From: an uncultured Lachnospiraceae bacterium
GTDB lineage: Bacteria > Bacillota > Clostridia > Lachnospirales > Lachnospiraceae
DNA: 64,000 nt
Direction: 5' to 3'
Assembly (NCBI GenBank): GCA_945919075.1
Contig: CAMEIX010000016.1
Span: 2,534-66,533, forward strand
Part shown: positions 10,501-16,400 of the stretch, piece after piece
Layout: the number at the start of each line of letters is the position of its first letter
Numbering within the stretch: the first letter of the stretch is position 1
Notes under the pieces: generated by a model
Database searches by the model: none
The model's input: the letters and a program-made list of their open reading frames with translations, nothing else
Told to the model about the DNA's origin: nothing
Program-made: the position numbers and the translations under genes

Positions 10501-12398
10501 GGGACAAATATTGTGATCCGGCTTCCGGCAAGATTCTGCTTTTAGTAACCATAGGCAACAACAGCAAACAACTGGTACAGATACCGCTCACCGTAGGAAC
10601 GGTGGCTTCCCCCACCATAAAGACGGATAAGGGAAGTATTACATTGAATACCACACTGTGCACCGGCTCTTCTAAGGATACGCAGAAGGTTACAATCCTG
10701 CCGAGTGTATCCGGTTACCCTGTAAGTGCGTCCAAAACTGTTATAAAGGTAACGGATGATAAGGGACAGGGAGATTACGGCAGCGCACTTGCCATCAGCC
10801 AGAGTCAGGCAGAACTTACCATAAGCTGCACCGAAGCGACTGAGGCAGGCAAAACCTATAAGGTAAGCATTACCGTGGACGGCATCGAAAAACCGGCAGT
10901 TCTTACGGTCAAGACACAGAAAAATGCACCTTCTTTGAAGCTTAGTAAAAAGACGCTTACATTGAACCGGGCTATGGGCGGTTATAAGGATAGGCAGGAG
11001 TTTACGGTAGATATGTCCATAGAGGGGTATCCTCTTACATTGGTAGAATCGGATATCACCATCACGAAAGCAGACGGCTCTTCTGTAGACAGTCACTGCT
11101 TCGGTATGTCTCTCCATAAGATAGCATCTGCGCAGTATGAAATTATGCTCACACCGGGAGATACGGCAGCTGCCGGAAACTACAAAGTGACTATTTCAGC
11201 ACCGTTACCGGATGGAAGCCGTACCAAGGAAGCACTGTTGACGGTGAAGGTAACAGACAAACTGCCCACCGTAAAACTCTCTTCCACCACCATTACCTTA
11301 AATCGTGATCTGGGACCGGATGGCTATGATGAAGCCGTAGTGTACAGAAAAGGTCTGGAAGGCTATACCCTGAACGGCGTAACCGTTGAGATAAAGGATG
11401 CCAAGGGAAATCCTGCTTCCGGAGCCATCTCCTGTTACGATACAGGTGGAGCAGATGCAGCCCTAAGCTTTTATGCCAAAGCTTCCGCCGAGGCAGGCGC
11501 TACCTATAAGGCTACCATTACCCAGCATCTGGCTTACGGTTTGAAAGCGAAACCGGTAACCCTTACCATCAAAGTGGTGGGCAATACCGGCAAGAGCCCC
11601 GTTACCATTAAGAGCAGTGCCAAGGGCAGTCTTGACATTACCAGACCTGACAGCACGAGCAGCAATCTCAATGTAATATTTAACGGCTGGAATGCGGCAG
11701 ACTATACGAATTCGGATTCGGTGCACAATGCAAACGTGCCTGTGCTGACCTGGAAGGTCTATGCTTATGATGGCAAGGAAGCAGTCGGCACTGCAAAGGG
11801 TGCACTGGACGCAAATGGCCTTGTGGCGTGGGGTAAATCCAACGAAGCAACCTCTGCGGGAGCCGGAAGCTGGTTTGTGAATACGGCAGACCGTGTGGAG
11901 AATCCCTATGCGGTTACGCTTTCCATTGATACGGGTGCTTTGTCAGCGTGGGAGCAGGGGTATATTCTTGCTTCCTACAAATACACCTATGAATTGACAA
12001 TGACTTTCCCTTCCACCGGAGAGGCGATTACCTTAAAGCCGGCAGCATTAAAGGTGGGACAGAGCAAGGCAAAATTCGCAGTAAATCAAAAGGCAGTTAC
12101 CCTTTCCCGACTGGATGCACGGGGCAGACAGCTTGTTACCATCGATTGTACCGACAAGGATGCCCCGGATGTGGCAGATATTGCGGTGGTAAAATTTGCT
12201 GACGGTACCCCTGCGAATGCACTGGAAATTTACGAGGTACCCGGAAGCGGCAAGACCTACGCCATCGGCTGGAAGAACGGAACCGTTTCCAATGCCGTAA
12301 AGAGCGGCACCGTGAATTTGCAGATTTACATAAAGTGCAATGATCCGGAGCGGAATAAACCGGATGCAGTCCTCAAACTGCAGGCAGATATCCGGTAA
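1551..12398 (+). CDS. Giant secreted/surface repeat protein (3,615 aa)
   Basis: This is an uninterrupted 10.8-kb ORF with AAGGAGG 8 nt upstream. The signal peptide is RRARKRRIGKRAISFLLVFLLLFGELPLSAYA/GE. It is followed by acidic 13-aa tandem repeats, then seven ~290-aa modules (GW.WD...TLTL.NF motif plus an Ig-like Y.WY...YYC unit). A cadherin-like beta-sandwich segment and several ~95-aa Ig-like domains lie C-terminally. I recognised no LPXTG, SLH or cell-wall-binding repeat. Confidence 0.9.
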   Translation: MQRRARKRRIGKRAISFLLVFLLLFGELPLSAYAGEPDNAKEGTYTSVDIVPENEDIANPVDVVSENEDITNPADDVSGNEGITNPGDDVSGNEDTPKPADDVPGNTDGTEPAEEDVSGNATVIENIGIESISTTGIDLTDAAADMSGEGWSWDQETLTLTLTDLTIEPADGGVAVALPAGSTLWSKGTENVLKTSGYCALGANGALTIKGSAPLTIESTAEDEIGMWVAGRLTVDGAAVKLHGGYAAFIIAGDAAKNVLFLEGGSQIKTDPCVIEEYIEGYARILPKGSTGGANLTDVEIVVSADPYLSFSTLPEHLSSGKALDDALSVTLTTQAELYNASGMVTYQWYRCDDSTGKNPTAISGETGQSYCFSGSHETGPYYFFCRAKSGSTVRDTPVSVVVLTPTDKKLRTTQLRINSETASQDNLATEGWKWDQEALTLTLDGFCSYVDENWEDSIYLSLSGKEVTILLAEDSENILYNNRQGNTIYSNSLLTITGKGRLSVEAEADYYSGFRIDSATLSVTGGAKVYIRNAFSYALTGNTISVTGEGSELRAVFDGTRENYSAVQILGLSDNTMIASPAGGTLVPNYHTSGKYSVQDAEGNLAMDVTFTETTGPYYEWSVKPEAAYNVKSLEDSMSLTLKATAAGANGAPQPSYQWYRCADAAKNDKEAIDGAVSDTYIFSGNVETGTYYFYCQAYGEGAGAIETDVIKVNATPTGTPIYNTGLSLGTSDIDLSEYGIVYHYDAEQKTGTLKLHNATIQQTGSRGALYLAAEHSNFVIELTGENSISATNNIAIWAYRGADNTVTFTGGGSLSLSGTRVVSLGEYHVIIKGGTSVTGVNTSGSARSYFKSLKLWDEGSCFTLKGSASPLEFYGYETGDFVVNVPEAGIVKPYSTGVYRIYQSDGSTLATEMKLVPAQTKFLEFETYPAGVKTSTVGSTVTLQAKAVLKNADTQPEITYRWYDENNQLLETNTTGTLTLADTTKNSIKSYYCKVSCTKDETNYEKTGNKALVAILPEGRSLRTLDMNLGTTSGSNAAEGYSWDGTTKTLTLDNFMSLGKVSLPADSTIVLKAGTNNYIYSTRYGNVVSANSNSTITGEGSLYIHALDATCISGSSILSILNTNLHLLADARYGTSSTSSMTYVNFEQVKIVKSAVTMKRQGNTATSYSMMSNAVLLGEEVSKGSINSSNTIYGVYNETTGYTEAVLSATEEDVFYFVKEPAFIYTTSVGSDDITLYAEAAGTSNPISYTWYNAAGEIVATGNSLTISPTVQGYDAYYCKAVSDELTAVSNTAKVITAANGKKALTYDIYFYDTTASVDNLATYGYKWDKDSKTLTLDNFTTYGAISIYPEATVCLAEGSSNMLISLTGKSVKLRYNNDLTITGKGVLHITGAVFNSTAVNTLTLSDGAEVSVKTSGTETALATGRLKIQDENTKVRLKTESGKVLKLYYAMDEGDFGVLVPTGGKITGSGTNYVLVDAEDHSVTEAVLTENLTTRLVFTDYPERLIIASVGTESPTLTAAAKLLYGEDGAELTYTWYRSADHEIMEQNHDGTFRVPLLVGATEYYCVVSTKSGGDDYEKTGETITVAVGPAGRSVRTTDLDCRAFTADRQDTAEGWTWEQATKTLTLDNFICTGRVLLPSGATLRLKDGTLNYINPASTADSALYAGSLTITGGGRLEIEAGNVTAYAVRIIGSLTILETSLTITSNVEGTSAVYSQGAPIFKASNLTLRLKGYRAGYLMWMKLSGATQTVGTNTGSGEERYIYGTYNAAGDYMEAVLVADDTYFINEPEKIITTHEGDKVTLTAEAKTALSGKITYQWYATDNWQTPQSGAVLVGSGATLTLTAAERGGKYYYCTATVGDKSILSNLACVITAAKGKEPVMKTLRFSDMTESVDKLDSQGWKWDFDTQTLTISDMEQFLPFVTHDYSYTGIFLSQGSTVEVAEGTENNLYGNYYGIYVGKKESAPATLTIKGAGKLESSIFVHSAAAGTEILCKDGISLDIRRFYGNTSPLTLQNAKVKSTSTIDFNLQSVKAEAGSVLDVHNSLSVKESVTIAEGAYIVCKGSLFAGDVTVEKGGFLSVFGPVYLDSTDKSHTLTVKGMLQIFAAGNVCPLRIYNEETSNPVTLGEDVKILTPEGALLKENSSDEYIYRVDSNPVYGTLIIGDAAFEPTTITSVGAITGKAEYNQVLQAGAVTPEDATVVYTWQYADSPSGTFKDTGFNGTTYRVETKYAGKYLRVKVTGYGLYAGEVYSSAVGPVVGNPATLTGIYVISESGEEKSIGSTPFDGESFNYSSPYTAGAAEESVTYSVIPANEKAKITIENATNGFRAEGLSAAVPLDMGSNTIRITVSFDTAQTVYTVTQKREERTRYLDLRYMGSYNASVTASWVDKEGNPQTVTVNKENRQELNYLPENTKVTLTVVSPEGMRLFRYGSDSYPADFTREDSRAVIVLKENTGMEVRDSDFEYFAPEAEADWYALDKNCIQIKVESRLKTDNIAPDLRVYYKPNVVLCPENGTDTVLTGLEFTGTDIDGDGYFDYHTAFITEVDETLSYTVKATYYPELRNSYSSPEEVYTTTCEVEKRKSVSLVADRDYVVLKPGESTTVNLSCNAYMGAEIELVSSTDTEVAATADCLLTKDPDGITIKAGSKEGTAYLALRVADGVGAKPGTIRYATAYIRVDVSSAENTEKVSLGTTTGTLNVYDDSAIAVPVYQMNCGYPITGAEFTDPAVNEKFKIQVVNDRMIRVTPVVPEDSDTLDWAAYAKSLKGTWQSKIQINYNGTASRVSTESLTIKADAKAPSVKAGAVKFNSFYQGDEEALVFTMKDVSIATVKVDMVKNTAKEPACPAWMSLSADGKSVVLHNNALTNDKASGKLKLKVWPEGYRMPAQITVSVSAARTVPKLKLSASSVKVANQNDKLDTVKLTLLSADKKVSLESLNITKISVAGAGYLSTLSAKDQKTYSASMYYQVNSFNSSTGEFWLGDKYCDPASGKILLLVTIGNNSKQLVQIPLTVGTVASPTIKTDKGSITLNTTLCTGSSKDTQKVTILPSVSGYPVSASKTVIKVTDDKGQGDYGSALAISQSQAELTISCTEATEAGKTYKVSITVDGIEKPAVLTVKTQKNAPSLKLSKKTLTLNRAMGGYKDRQEFTVDMSIEGYPLTLVESDITITKADGSSVDSHCFGMSLHKIASAQYEIMLTPGDTAAAGNYKVTISAPLPDGSRTKEALLTVKVTDKLPTVKLSSTTITLNRDLGPDGYDEAVVYRKGLEGYTLNGVTVEIKDAKGNPASGAISCYDTGGADAALSFYAKASAEAGATYKATITQHLAYGLKAKPVTLTIKVVGNTGKSPVTIKSSAKGSLDITRPDSTSSNLNVIFNGWNAADYTNSDSVHNANVPVLTWKVYAYDGKEAVGTAKGALDANGLVAWGKSNEATSAGAGSWFVNTADRVENPYAVTLSIDTGALSAWEQGYILASYKYTYELTMTFPSTGEAITLKPAALKVGQSKAKFAVNQKAVTLSRLDARGRQLVTIDCTDKDAPDVADIAVVKFADGTPANALEIYEVPGSGKTYAIGWKNGTVSNAVKSGTVNLQIYIKCNDPERNKPDAVLKLQADIR
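1695..1913 (+). repeat. Tandem 39-nt (13-aa) acidic repeat, about 5.5 copies, inside the giant ORF
   Basis: Units start at 1695, 1734, 1773, 1812 and 1851 (D-x-V-[SP]-[EG]-N-E-D-I-x-N-P-x). Units 3 and 4 share 22 identical nt. Confidence 0.9.
1995..8200 (+). repeat. Seven-fold super-repeat (period about 850-930 nt) inside the giant ORF
   Basis: GW.WD-type anchors sit near 1995, 2841, 3768 (degenerate), 4671, 5525, 6409 and 7257. Each is followed about 600 nt later by a Y.WY Ig-like unit (for example 2589, 3522, 7009). Confidence 0.75.
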
Positions 12399-12434
12399 GA
12401 AAATATAGGAATAAAACAGAGATGAGGTGGAAGT

Positions 12435-12818
12435 ATGCGTCGGGTCGTGGTGGATATGCAGAATTATCTGTTTGCAGACTCAGTTGCACAGGCGCTGAAA
12501 AATGCGGACTCAGACTTTGATGTTTACCGGTCGGAAGGACCGGTAAACACGGCTGAACTGTGCAGCCTTTGCGAGCCCTATGCACTCTTAATGGAAGTTC
12601 TGGGCGTCTCCCCCTGGAGACTGGAGGAGCGCCTGAAAATCCGCGATGAGGTCAAACGGACGAATCCGCATTGCAGGATTGTGTTCATTGTGGATGAGAA
12701 TGCAGAGGGAGAACTGGCAAAGCGGGTGCTACAGGCCAAAAAGGATGGTCTGATAGACAATTTTATTTACAGCTCCGTGTCGGCCGCCTACCTATCAGCA
12801 GTGGTTGATACATTATAA
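12435..12818 (+). CDS. Stand-alone receiver-like (pseudo-receiver) protein, 127 aa
   Basis: SD GAGGTGG lies upstream, 36 nt after the giant ORF stop. The layout is REC-like: VVVDMQ (beta1), ALLMEV where a normal REC has LLD (Glu at the acceptor position), then RIVFIVDE and IDNFIYSS where T/S and K are expected. Confidence 0.65.
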   Translation: MRRVVVDMQNYLFADSVAQALKNADSDFDVYRSEGPVNTAELCSLCEPYALLMEVLGVSPWRLEERLKIRDEVKRTNPHCRIVFIVDENAEGELAKRVLQAKKDGLIDNFIYSSVSAAYLSAVVDTL

Positions 12819-12849
12819 AAGTTTAATACAAAAAATTCAATAAAAGCCC

Positions 12850-12878
12850 TTGACAGAGCGCCTGACCTATGTTATCTT
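12850..12878 (+). promoter_or_regulatory. Putative sigma-A promoter of the infC-rpmI-rplT operon
   Basis: TTGACA, 17 nt, TATCTT preceded by TGT (extended -10-like). Confidence 0.5.
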
Positions 12879-12884
12879 ATTCGA

Positions 12885-13030
12885 GTAAATCAAAGCAGAG
12901 TATCCACTCTCACCTTACAGCACAGGGCTCGTAAGTGTTAATATTTCTTCAAAACACAGGGCGAAGGTTGCTCTGCGGGTGTGTATTGAATGATATTAAG
13001 TGGATAGTTATGCTATCCACTTTTTTATTG
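12885..13030 (+). promoter_or_regulatory. L20-type ribosomal-protein leader with attenuator hairpin upstream of infC
   Basis: The position between the promoter and infC matches the L20-controlled leader known in Firmicutes. It ends in a GTGGATAG-TTATG-CTATCCAC hairpin (13000-13020) plus T6. The upstream L20-binding fold was not verified. Confidence 0.55.
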
Positions 13031-13048
13031 ATCATGGAGGGCAAAACC

Positions 13049-13558
13049 ATTAACGAATTAATGATTAATGAACAGATCAGAGACAAGGAAGTGCGTCTGA
13101 TTGGTGAAGAAGGCGAACAGTTAGGTATTATGTCTGCCAGAGAAGCACAGAAACTTGCAGAGGAAGCAGGACTTGATTTAGTCAAGATTGCGCCCTTAGC
13201 AAAACCACCTGTTTGTAAGATTGTTGACTATGGAAAATATCGGTATGAACAGGCAAGAAAAGATAAAGAAGCCAAGAAGAAACAGAAGGTAATTGATGTA
13301 AAGGAGATCCGACTTTCCCCCAACATCGATACCAACGACTTAAACACCAAGGTTAACGCAGCCAAGAAATTCTTATCCAAAGGAGATAAGGTAAAGATTA
13401 CCCTTCGTTTCCGTGGTCGTGAGATGGCTCACATGAATGCCAGCAAACACATTCTGGATGATTTCGCAGAAGCCCTTAAGGATGTGGCTGTTATCGAAAA
13501 AGCACCCAAGGTGGAAGGCAGAAGTATGACAATGTTTTTAACTGAAAAGCGTAGTTAA
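13049..13558 (+). CDS. infC: Translation initiation factor IF-3
   Basis: Motifs are [21 protein letters not shown] and [21 protein letters not shown] at 13036-13040 is followed 8 nt later by an in-frame ATT, the classic infC non-AUG start. An in-frame ATG at 13034 is the alternative start. Confidence 0.9.
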   Translation: MNELMINEQIRDKEVRLIGEEGEQLGIMSAREAQKLAEEAGLDLVKIAPLAKPPVCKIVDYGKYRYEQARKDKEAKKKQKVIDVKEIRLSPNIDTNDLNTKVNAAKKFLSKGDKVKITLRFRGREMAHMNASKHILDDFAEALKDVAVIEKAPKVEGRSMTMFLTEKRS

Positions 13559-13613
13559 GGACTACCGAAAAGTTAAAATAGAAAGCAAAGTAAAGTTTAG
13601 GAGGATTTTAGTT

Positions 13614-13811
13614 ATGCCAAAAATGAAGACAAGCAGAGCTGCTGCAAAGCGTTTCAAAGTGACTGGAACAGGTAAATTAAAGAGAAGCAAAGCTTATAAG
13701 CGCCATATCTTAACCAAAAAATCTACCAAGAGAAAACGTAATCTTAGACAGGCTGCTATTACAGATGCAACCAATGTAAAGAATATGAAGAAGATTTTAC
13801 CCTATTTATAA
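13614..13811 (+). CDS. rpmI: 50S ribosomal protein L35
   Basis: [24 protein letters not shown], with SD AGGAGG upstream. Confidence 0.97.
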   Translation: MPKMKTSRAAAKRFKVTGTGKLKRSKAYKRHILTKKSTKRKRNLRQAAITDATNVKNMKKILPYL

Positions 13812-13833
13812 TCGGTAAGGAGGAGAATGAGAG

Positions 13834-14190
13834 ATGGCAAGAATTAAAGGCGGCTTAAATGCCAAGAAAAAACACAATAGAGTATTAAAACTTGCAAAAG
13901 GCTACAGAGGAGCAAGAAGCAAACAGTACAGAGTAGCAAAACAGTCCGTTATGCGTGCTCTTACCAGCTCTTATGCAGGCAGAAAAGAAAGAAAGCGTCA
14001 GTTCAGACAGCTCTGGATTGCACGTATTAATGCAGCTGCAAGAATCAACGGTCTTTCCTACAGCAAATTCATGTACGGCCTGAAACTGGCAAACGTGGAT
14101 ATGAACAGAAAGATGCTTGCTGAAATGGCAGTAAATGATGCAGAAGGCTTTGCAACTCTTGCAGAACTTGCAAAGAGCAAGCTCGCTTAA
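13834..14190 (+). CDS. rplT: 50S ribosomal protein L20
   Basis: [29 protein letters not shown]...[14 protein letters not shown]. Confidence 0.97.
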   Translation: MARIKGGLNAKKKHNRVLKLAKGYRGARSKQYRVAKQSVMRALTSSYAGRKERKRQFRQLWIARINAAARINGLSYSKFMYGLKLANVDMNRKMLAEMAVNDAEGFATLAELAKSKLA

Positions 14191-14236
14191 TTTTGAAGCG
14201 GAAACTGACAGCAGATATTTTCAAAATAGGACGAAT

Positions 14237-14272
14237 ATCCCCTGAAAATGTGATTTTTCGGGGGATTTTTTT
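14237..14272 (+). terminator. Rho-independent terminator after rplT
   Basis: ATCCCC...GGGGGAT hairpin followed by a T-run. Confidence 0.75.
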
Positions 14273-14424
14273 ATTTATTCTTAATAAAAATGTTCTTTAT
14301 TTAATGATATAGGTGTAGTATAATACTATCATGTGTATCTACAATATCATGTATGTACGAACAGAGAATTTTGAAATGGCATCGGTCCATCCGGATATAC
14401 GTGTTGCCAGGAATTGGAGGAAAT

Positions 14425-15012
14425 ATGAGTTTAGTACCTTACGTCATAGAGCAGACCGGAAAGGGAGAGAGATCCTATGATATTTATTCCCGTCTTTTGA
14501 AAGAAAGAATTATCTTTCTTGGAGAAGAAGTCAATGAAGTGACAGCAAGCCTTGTTGTAGCACAGTTACTGTTTTTGGAGGCTGAGGATCCTGATAAGGA
14601 TATCAGCATTTATATCAACAGCCCCGGCGGTTCTGTAACCGCAGGTATGGCAATCTACGATACCATGCAGTATATTAAGTGCGACGTTTCCACTATCTGT
14701 ATCGGAATGGCAGCAAGTATGGGTGCTTTCCTGCTTGCAGGCGGTACCAAGGGCAAAAGAATGGCCCTTCCCAATGCAGAGATTATGATTCACCAGCCTC
14801 TCGGCGGTGCACAGGGTCAGGCTACCGAAATTGAAATTGCAGCAAAGCATATTTTACAGACCAAGGAAAAATTAAATAAAATTCTGGCAGAAAATACCGG
14901 AAAGGATTACGATACCATTGCAGCGGATACCGAAAGAGATAACTGGAAATCTGCCGAAGAAGCAATGGAATATGGATTGATTGATAAGGTTATCACCTCT
15001 CATCAGGCATAG
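14425..15012 (+). CDS. clpP: ATP-dependent Clp protease proteolytic subunit
   Basis: [25 protein letters not shown], active-site region [14 protein letters not shown] lies 5 nt upstream of ATG 14425. The ORF-track start at 14353 is an upstream extension. Confidence 0.95.
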   Translation: MSLVPYVIEQTGKGERSYDIYSRLLKERIIFLGEEVNEVTASLVVAQLLFLEAEDPDKDISIYINSPGGSVTAGMAIYDTMQYIKCDVSTICIGMAASMGAFLLAGGTKGKRMALPNAEIMIHQPLGGAQGQATEIEIAAKHILQTKEKLNKILAENTGKDYDTIAADTERDNWKSAEEAMEYGLIDKVITSHQA

Positions 15013-15062
15013 GATATTCAGAGAAAAGAAAGGAAGCCTTAGACGGCTAAATGTGAGAAATT

Positions 15063-16325
15063 ATGGCTGGAAAGAATGCCGGTAATGATGTGAAATGTTC
15101 ATTCTGTGGAAAATCACAGGATCAGGTTAAAAAGATGATTGCAGGTCCTGCAGGGGTATATATCTGTGATGAATGTATCGAAATCTGCAGTGATATTCTG
15201 GAAGAAGAATTTGAAGATGATGTTTTGGAAACGGATGAGGTGCCTGATTTCAAATTATTAAAACCTGTTGAAATCAAGAAGTTTCTGGATGACTATGTAA
15301 TTGGTCAGGAAGCGGCAAAGAAGGTGCTTTCCGTTGCGGTTTACAACCATTATAAACGTGTCATGGCAAAGAAACAGCCCATGGATGTAGAACTTCAAAA
15401 GAGCAATATTATTATGATAGGACCCACCGGTTCCGGTAAGACTTATCTGGCACAGACCCTGGCTAAGATTATCAATGTACCTTTTGCCATTGCAGATGCT
15501 ACCACCTTAACCGAAGCCGGTTATGTGGGGGAAGATGTAGAAAATATTCTTTTAAAACTCATTCAGGCGGCAGATTATGATGTGGATCGTGCCCAGTACG
15601 GCATTGTTTACATCGACGAAATCGATAAGATTACCAAGAAAAGTGAGAATGTCTCCATTACCAGAGATGTAAGCGGAGAAGGTGTGCAGCAGGCACTTTT
15701 GAAAATTATCGAAGGTACGGTTGCCAGTGTTCCGCCCCAGGGAGGCAGAAAGCATCCTCATCAGGAACTGATACAGATTGATACCTCCAATATTCTCTTT
15801 ATCTGCGGCGGTGCCTTCGACGGACTTGATAAGATTGTGGAGACCAGACTGGACAGAAAGAGTATCGGATTTAATGCGGAAGTATCCACAAAATCCAATA
15901 AGGCAATGGGGGAAATTCTGGGTGAGGTAACCCCTCAGGATTTGATGAAATTCGGTCTTATTCCGGAATTTATCGGACGTGTGCCCATCAATGTTTCTTT
16001 AGAGGGGCTTGACAAGGATGCCCTGATCCGTATCCTGAAAGAGCCGAAGAATGCCCTCGTAAAGCAGTACCAGTGCCTGTTTAAGATGGATGATGTGGAA
16101 TTAAACTTCGATGATGATGCGATTGACGAAATTGCAGAAATGGCACTGGAAAGAAAGACGGGAGCCAGAGGTTTACGTTCTATCATGGAAAATACCATGA
16201 TGGATGTGATGTATGAGATTCCTTCGGATGAAACCATTGAAAGCGTTATGATTACAAAAGAAGCAGTAAGGGGAGAAAGCAAGCCGCTTACACTTCGCAG
16301 TAAAGCAATTCCCAAAGAGGCATAA
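15063..16325 (+). CDS. clpX: ATP-dependent Clp protease ATP-binding subunit ClpX
   Basis: N-terminal zinc finger CSFCGK...CDEC, Walker [12 protein letters not shown]-type loop region. Confidence 0.97.
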   Translation: MAGKNAGNDVKCSFCGKSQDQVKKMIAGPAGVYICDECIEICSDILEEEFEDDVLETDEVPDFKLLKPVEIKKFLDDYVIGQEAAKKVLSVAVYNHYKRVMAKKQPMDVELQKSNIIMIGPTGSGKTYLAQTLAKIINVPFAIADATTLTEAGYVGEDVENILLKLIQAADYDVDRAQYGIVYIDEIDKITKKSENVSITRDVSGEGVQQALLKIIEGTVASVPPQGGRKHPHQELIQIDTSNILFICGGAFDGLDKIVETRLDRKSIGFNAEVSTKSNKAMGEILGEVTPQDLMKFGLIPEFIGRVPINVSLEGLDKDALIRILKEPKNALVKQYQCLFKMDDVELNFDDDAIDEIAEMALERKTGARGLRSIMENTMMDVMYEIPSDETIESVMITKEAVRGESKPLTLRSKAIPKEA

Positions 16326-16330
16326 AGTAA

Positions 16331-16359
16331 GCGCCGCAATTTCCAAATGCGGCGTTTTT
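16331..16359 (+). terminator. Hairpin plus T-run between clpX and lon
   Basis: CGCCGCA-loop-TGCGGCG followed by T5. Confidence 0.6.
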
Positions 16360-16400
16360 CATTCAAAATGCTGAAAGGTCGGAACAAGTGAGGAGAAAAC

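Noticed and set aside
12935-13048. 5' extensions of track ORFs: infC at 12935, clpP 14353, prfA 25818, cysK 35374, symporter 37563, thrS 44103, ABC ATPase 50550, pyrF 59669, GH5 60676, nhaC 59506, ABC exporter 56361.
   Set aside because: The extensions run through terminators, riboswitch or T-box leaders, or the upstream gene. Internal ATG (or ATT) codons with proper SD sequences give N-termini that match the protein families.
14273-14424. Looked for a CtsR operator (tandem GGTCAAA-type heptads) upstream of clpP.
   Set aside because: There is no such repeat. Only a TATAAT-like -10 (14319-14324) without a convincing -35, so no regulatory call was made.
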